A DNA stretch of 64,000 nucleotides. Source: an uncultured Gammaproteobacteria bacterium (GTDB lineage Bacteria > Pseudomonadota > Gammaproteobacteria > DRLM01). Below, piece by piece: positions 59,731-64,000 of this stretch. The position numbers and the translations under genes are program-made. Under the pieces are notes generated by a model. The model searched no databases. It was not told the origin of the DNA and was given only the letters and a program-made list of their open reading frames with translations. The number at the start of each line of letters is the position of its first letter. Position 1 is the stretch's first letter. The DNA lies in the NCBI GenBank assembly GCA_963729605.1, contig CAVSNY010000002.1, forward strand, positions 128,001-192,000, read 5' to 3'.

Positions 59731-60372
59731 ATGGCCGGTTCGTCACTGCTCATCGCCATGATGGGAAACAAAGGCGGAACCGGCAAGACCACACTGGCGG
59801 TCAATATGGCGGTGGGCCTGATGCGGCGGGCGCCGTCCGCGTTGCTGGATTTGGATCCGCAACGTTCCGCGTGGCAATGGTCGCGTATCGCCGAACGGGC
59901 CGCGCACGCGGCGCATGTCTACGAATGCCATGGCGATGTGGGCGAGGTCGTGGCGAACCTTAAAGAACGTTATCAGTACGTGGTACTGGATTGCCCGCCT
60001 TCGGTGCATGCGCGGGAAACGCGCGATGCGCTGCGTCTTTGCGATCACGCATTGGTGCCGGTGCAGCCTTCGCCGATGGACTTATGGGCTACCCTGAGCG
60101 TGGTGGAAGCGGTGAGTGCCGCGCAGCGCGAGCACCCTCGCCTCAAGGCGCGCATCGTGCTCAATCAATTGGAGGCGCAAACCGTATTGTCGCGCGATAT
60201 CCGCGCGGTGATCGACGAGGTGGGTCTGGCCGTGCTGAGCGCTGACGTGAGGCGGCGCGCGATTTATCGCAATGCCATGGCGGAAGGCAAGACTGTGTTC
60301 GATATGGGTGGCGCCGGCCGCGAGGCGGCGATGGAAATAGAGCGTTTACTGACGGAGGTCATAGCAGCATGA
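59731..60372 (+). CDS. mcdA: ParA-family ATPase, carboxysome positioning protein McdA
   Basis: Deviant Walker A KGGTGKT, DLDPQ, LDCPP and PVQPS, inside the cso locus. Confidence 0.88.
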   Translation: MAGSSLLIAMMGNKGGTGKTTLAVNMAVGLMRRAPSALLDLDPQRSAWQWSRIAERAAHAAHVYECHGDVGEVVANLKERYQYVVLDCPPSVHARETRDALRLCDHALVPVQPSPMDLWATLSVVEAVSAAQREHPRLKARIVLNQLEAQTVLSRDIRAVIDEVGLAVLSADVRRRAIYRNAMAEGKTVFDMGGAGREAAMEIERLLTEVIAA

Positions 60373-60623
60373 GCAAGAGCGATAAGACCAGCCAGAAATT
60401 ACTGGACTCGATACGCAAGACCAAGGCGTCGGCCGACACCCCGATGAATGCATCGCCGGATGCCGCGCCTGTCTCTGCGCCGGCGCCTGTTTTGAATGCG
60501 GCTGCCAAACAACCACCCGCGGAACAACGCTCCGCCGCGCAAGGCCAACAGCCACAGCCATCACAGCAACCTGCTGAGGAGCCGCGGCGCATCTTCAGCA
60601 GTCGGCGCGTATGGCCTGACTGA
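60369..60623 (+). CDS. mcdB: Carboxysome positioning partner McdB (alpha type)
   Basis: 84-aa disordered protein with basic N-terminus KLLDSIRKTK and C-terminal RRVWPD. Overlaps the mcdA stop (ATGA). Confidence 0.85.
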   Translation: MSKSDKTSQKLLDSIRKTKASADTPMNASPDAAPVSAPAPVLNAAAKQPPAEQRSAAQGQQPQPSQQPAEEPRRIFSSRRVWPD

Positions 60624-60909
60624 CCACGGCGCCGTGATGCCAGCGCGGAACGCGGCCAGAGATGTGCCGCGTCGGCTGATCCCATCTGAGGTGAACACAA
60701 TGAACTAGCGGATGCGGTGGCAGCGCCATCGAAAGCCGCTGATCACCGCGCGAAATCGGGGATGTAATGACTGAGGGCTGAAATATTCAATGCTCCTTGC
60801 CTTGCTTCCGGCCAGTGGCAGGCTAGCGCCGGCACTTTGTCTCCCGTCGTAGAGAATTGAGGATCCCTGCCGTGAAGTGTTTGCTTAATAGTCAGGATAG
60901 TGGTCGCAT

Positions 60910-61932
60910 ATGTTGAGCAATTTACTCATTCCGGCGGTGTTGTTTTTTGCCTTGGGTTTTTTGGCCAGGGTTATCAAATCGGATTTGCGTTTTCCAGCTG
61001 ATTTGGCCAAGGCGCTTTCGATTTATTTGTTAGTCGCGATTGGCTTGCACGGCGGTTACGAGCTCGGCAAATCCGACCTGTTCACCGCGATCAATTCGGT
61101 GATTTGGGCGTTGGTGCTGGGCTTCGGCTTGCCACTGATCGGCTATGCCATCTTGGTATTTTCGAAGAAAGTCGATGCGATGAATGCGGCGGCGATCGCC
61201 GCCCACTATGGCTCGGTGAGCGCGGGCACGTTTCTCACCGCAGTGGCTTATCTCGATAGCTTGCACATCCCCTACAACTCTTATCCGGTCATCATGCTCG
61301 CCGTCATGGAGTCGCCGGCTATCGTCGTTGGTTTGCTGCTGGCCGCGTGGTCACGGCGTCGCTTGGCGGCGAAGCAAGGCACTCCGGCGATCACCGCCGC
61401 CAGCGCCGACGGCAATAGCAATGGTGATGAGCGTGGCCAATTGACGCATATACTGCGTGATGCCTTCACTAACGGCAGTGTCGTGTTGCTGATCGGTTCG
61501 ATGATCATCGGTGCGGTGGCGGCGCCGCAGTCCATGGCAAAAATAAAGCCCTTCATCGAAGAGATTTTCATGGGCGTGTTGTGCTTGTTTCTGTTGGAGA
61601 TGGGCATGGAAGCGGCGCGCCGGATCGGCGATTTCCGCCGCGTCGGCTTGGCCCTGGTGGCATTCGGCGTGGCGATGCCCCTGTTGGGGGGGGCGATAGG
61701 CATCTTCGTCGGGCACTCGATCCTTGGCTTCGACGTCGGCGGCACCGTGCTGGTCGCGGTGCTGGGGGCGTCGGCGTCGTACATCGCCGTGCCGCCCGCC
61801 ATGCGGCTGGCCGTGCCCGAAGCGAATCCGTCACTGTATTTGACGCTGTCGCTCGGCGTAACTTTTCCATTCAATGTCGTGTTCGGGATTCCTCTCTACC
61901 ATACCCTCACCGATATGTTGATCGGAGCATGA
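60910..61932 (+). CDS. sbtA: SbtA-family sodium-dependent bicarbonate transporter
   Basis: KSDL, SIYLL..IGLHGG, AAHYGSVSAGTF, MESPAI, SASYIAVP and SLGVTFPFN. Confidence 0.9.
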   Translation: MLSNLLIPAVLFFALGFLARVIKSDLRFPADLAKALSIYLLVAIGLHGGYELGKSDLFTAINSVIWALVLGFGLPLIGYAILVFSKKVDAMNAAAIAAHYGSVSAGTFLTAVAYLDSLHIPYNSYPVIMLAVMESPAIVVGLLLAAWSRRRLAAKQGTPAITAASADGNSNGDERGQLTHILRDAFTNGSVVLLIGSMIIGAVAAPQSMAKIKPFIEEIFMGVLCLFLLEMGMEAARRIGDFRRVGLALVAFGVAMPLLGGAIGIFVGHSILGFDVGGTVLVAVLGASASYIAVPPAMRLAVPEANPSLYLTLSLGVTFPFNVVFGIPLYHTLTDMLIGA

Positions 61933-61956
61933 GCGAAACTATGACGGGGGAACGTT

Positions 61957-62265
61957 ATGCATAGGCTGCATCCAGAGAAACAGATCACGGTGATCACCTC
62001 CGACGTGCTGGAGGATCGCCTCGTCAAGCTCATCAAGCAGCGCGGCGCACGGGGTTATACGGTGTTCCGTGCTTATGGCGCCGGCACCTCCGGCGAGCAG
62101 TCGGGCATGCTGGACGTCGACACCAACATCGTTATGCACGTGATCGTTCCTTCGGCCAAATTGAGCACGCTGCTTGACGGTTTGGAAAACTTGGGGCGCA
62201 AGGGTCATCACTTGACGGTGACGGTCGCCGACGTGTCGGTGTTATGGCCGGAAAAGTTCGAGTAG
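61957..62265 (+). CDS. sbtB: PII-like SbtB regulator
   Basis: 102 aa with GARGYT..AYGAG PII-like loop, directly downstream of sbtA. Confidence 0.82.
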   Translation: MHRLHPEKQITVITSDVLEDRLVKLIKQRGARGYTVFRAYGAGTSGEQSGMLDVDTNIVMHVIVPSAKLSTLLDGLENLGRKGHHLTVTVADVSVLWPEKFE

Positions 62266-62293
62266 CGATCTTGAGCGGCGAGAGGGCGAGCTA

Positions 62294-63415
62294 ATGGCTT
62301 TGGTGGATATGCGCGACATGTTGCGCCATGCCTACGAGCATGGTTACGCCGTGGCCGCCTTTGAAATCGTGAGCCTCGACGTACTCGCGGCGGTGCTGGA
62401 CGCGGCCGAGCGTTGCCGCGCTCCGGCGCTGATCATCGTCGGCGATGACGACGATGCCCCGTGTGACCTGGAGGTGTTGATGCCGGCGGCGGAAACCGCC
62501 GCGCGGCGCGCGTCGGTGCCGGTGGCCATTCAATACGCACCGGTGAATTCGCTCGATGACGTCTACCGGGCGATGGCATTGGGATGCAACGGCATCGCGA
62601 TGTCACGCCGTCGCGAGACATTTCCCGAGGCGATCAAAAAGACCCGCGAAATCGTCGACTGGGCCCACGGCTGCGGTATGCCAGTGGAGGCGGGTTGGTT
62701 GTCCGCGCCGCCTATGCTTGCAGCGGACGAGGCGCATGCTGAAGAAGAGGAGGCGTGGCCTACGCCGAGCGAAGCGGCGGCCTTCGTGCAACGCGCGGGC
62801 GTGGATTTTTTTGCGCTCGACGATCCGCGCAGCGTAAAGACCAAGATCGATTTCCCGCGTCTCAAATTGATCGGCGCCGCGGTGCGCACGCCGCTGGTGC
62901 TGTACGGCGCCGGCGCATTGAGCGAAGACCAAATCAGGCGGGCGATTTTCAAAGGCGTCGCCAAGATCAGCGTCGATCCGGCCACGCTGCAGGGCCGCGA
63001 CACATCCTCGCGCACGTCCGCGGCCCGCGCGCGCAGAGCCGCCATGGGGGCCGAAGCGGAGCGGCACATGCGTTTGTACGGTAGCGCCGGCCGTGCCGCG
63101 GAAGTGCTGAGCCGCTGCGCAGCGTGGACGGTGGTGCAGCAGGTCTGGCTCTGCGGTGGCGATTCGGTCGATGAACGCGCGTTTGCGGGTTTGATGGACG
63201 AATGCCGGCGCCTCGTCGGCACCACCCCCGGCGTGCGTGGCGTTTTCGCCGGCCGCGCCTCGGCCGAGCAGGAAAGATATCGCTATTGCATCGTGTTCCG
63301 GCTGTCGCATCCCGACGCCGTGAAACACGCGCACGACGCGCTGTCGACGGTGCGCCGCAGCTTCAGCGAACGTTGTCTCGCGGTGGATGTGCCGGCGCTG
63401 GAGATTGTGGCGTAG
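62294..63415 (+). CDS. Degenerate class II ketose-bisphosphate aldolase homolog with a C-terminal Dabb-like extension
   Basis: N-terminus MALVDMRDMLRHAYEHGYAVAAF, VPVAI, GVDFFA and GVAKI are aldolase-like, but the metal and catalytic motifs are replaced. Confidence 0.8.
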   Translation: MALVDMRDMLRHAYEHGYAVAAFEIVSLDVLAAVLDAAERCRAPALIIVGDDDDAPCDLEVLMPAAETAARRASVPVAIQYAPVNSLDDVYRAMALGCNGIAMSRRRETFPEAIKKTREIVDWAHGCGMPVEAGWLSAPPMLAADEAHAEEEEAWPTPSEAAAFVQRAGVDFFALDDPRSVKTKIDFPRLKLIGAAVRTPLVLYGAGALSEDQIRRAIFKGVAKISVDPATLQGRDTSSRTSAARARRAAMGAEAERHMRLYGSAGRAAEVLSRCAAWTVVQQVWLCGGDSVDERAFAGLMDECRRLVGTTPGVRGVFAGRASAEQERYRYCIVFRLSHPDAVKHAHDALSTVRRSFSERCLAVDVPALEIVA

Positions 63416-63543
63416 GTGTCATTTGAGAAAGTAGACGCATAGTTCGGAAGAACTATTTGGCGCCATGCGGACGATAGGCGCGACGGCGCTGGTAACAGTC
63501 GGTACGGTCTTTGTGCTTTCACTGGTGCGAGGTGATGTAGTTC

Positions 63544-64000
63544 ATGAACCAGCTCATCGCTTTAATGCCGGCGCTGCCGGTCATCTCGGCGTTGCTGACG
63601 CATCTGTTGGCGGCGAGACTCGGCCGTCGAGTGGCGAGGCTGAGCGTCGTCGCGGCAGGGATCACGTTCGCGCTCACCGTGGTGATGCTCGGCCTGACCG
63701 TGGCTGGGCATGGCCCGGGACAGATTGCGGCTGCCGGGGATATCGGCGTTTTAATGAGCGACCCCTTGAGCGCGGTGATGGCGGTGCTGATCGCCGGCAT
63801 CAGCTTCATCGTGCACCTCTATTCGGTGCGTTATATGGCCGAAGAAGCCGGCTACGCCCGATTCTTCGTGCTGTTGGATCTGATGACGGCGGCGCTGCTG
63901 GTCATGGTCGCGGCGGGAGATTTGATCACGCTGCTGGCGGCCTGGCACATCATCGGCGTCTTGCTCTACTTCCTGCTCGGCCAGGACACCCGCAGCCCGT
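63544..64000 (+). CDS. dabB: DabB-like (NuoL/MrpA-type) membrane subunit of a DAB inorganic-carbon pump, 5' part only
   Basis: Frame open from ATG 63544 to the window end: MNQLIALMP...DPLSAVM...HLYSVRYM...YARFFVLLDL...AWHIIGVLLYFLL. Carboxysome context. Confidence 0.75.
   Translation, partial: MNQLIALMPALPVISALLTHLLAARLGRRVARLSVVAAGITFALTVVMLGLTVAGHGPGQIAAAGDIGVLMSDPLSAVMAVLIAGISFIVHLYSVRYMAEEAGYARFFVLLDLMTAALLVMVAAGDLITLLAAWHIIGVLLYFLLGQDTRSP

Noticed and set aside
49500-64000. Carboxysome locus as a horizontally acquired island
   Set aside because: No integrase, tRNA, att repeats or transposase at the visible boundary. Compositional differences are local and could not be quantified.

Overview
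A 64-kb GC-rich bacterial chromosomal window, most likely from a chemolithoautotrophic gammaproteobacterium (inferred from gene content and order). In order it holds: gcvPB, dgkA and a PfkB kinase; a GGDEF-EAL protein, an MFS transporter and yajQ; a 13-kb minus-strand block (TlpA-like protein, conserved exported protein, 1536-aa TPR protein, TPR lipoprotein, small exported protein, MotA/TolQ/ExbB, two ExbD, TonB/AgmX-like protein, YyaL, Kelch protein) resembling the conserved Agl/Glt core; PAP2 and phosphoribulokinase; a sulfur-assimilation cluster (APS reductase, sulfite reductase fused to a TusA-like domain, frameshifted TauE/SafE, CysB/Cbl); the housekeeping block topA-smg-dprA-lysM / def-fmt-rsmB-DUF4390-ntrY-ntrX-trkA-trkH-trkH; a methyltransferase, dedA and mazG. 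The window ends with a large alpha-carboxysome locus: csoS1D, cbbR, cbbL, cbbS, csoS2, csoSCA, csoS4A/B, three csoS1, a ferritin-like protein, acRAF, mcdA/B, sbtA/B, a degenerate class II aldolase with a C-terminal extension, and the start of a DabB-like gene. No rRNA, tRNA, CRISPR array or transposase was recognised, but several small intergenic repeats are present. The most notable items are the aldolase pseudoenzyme between the two carbon-uptake systems, the Agl/Glt-like machine with an apparently fused giant TPR subunit, a three-copy triple-hairpin intergenic element, and the sulfite reductase-TusA fusion. All family assignments come from motif recognition by eye; no database search was run.
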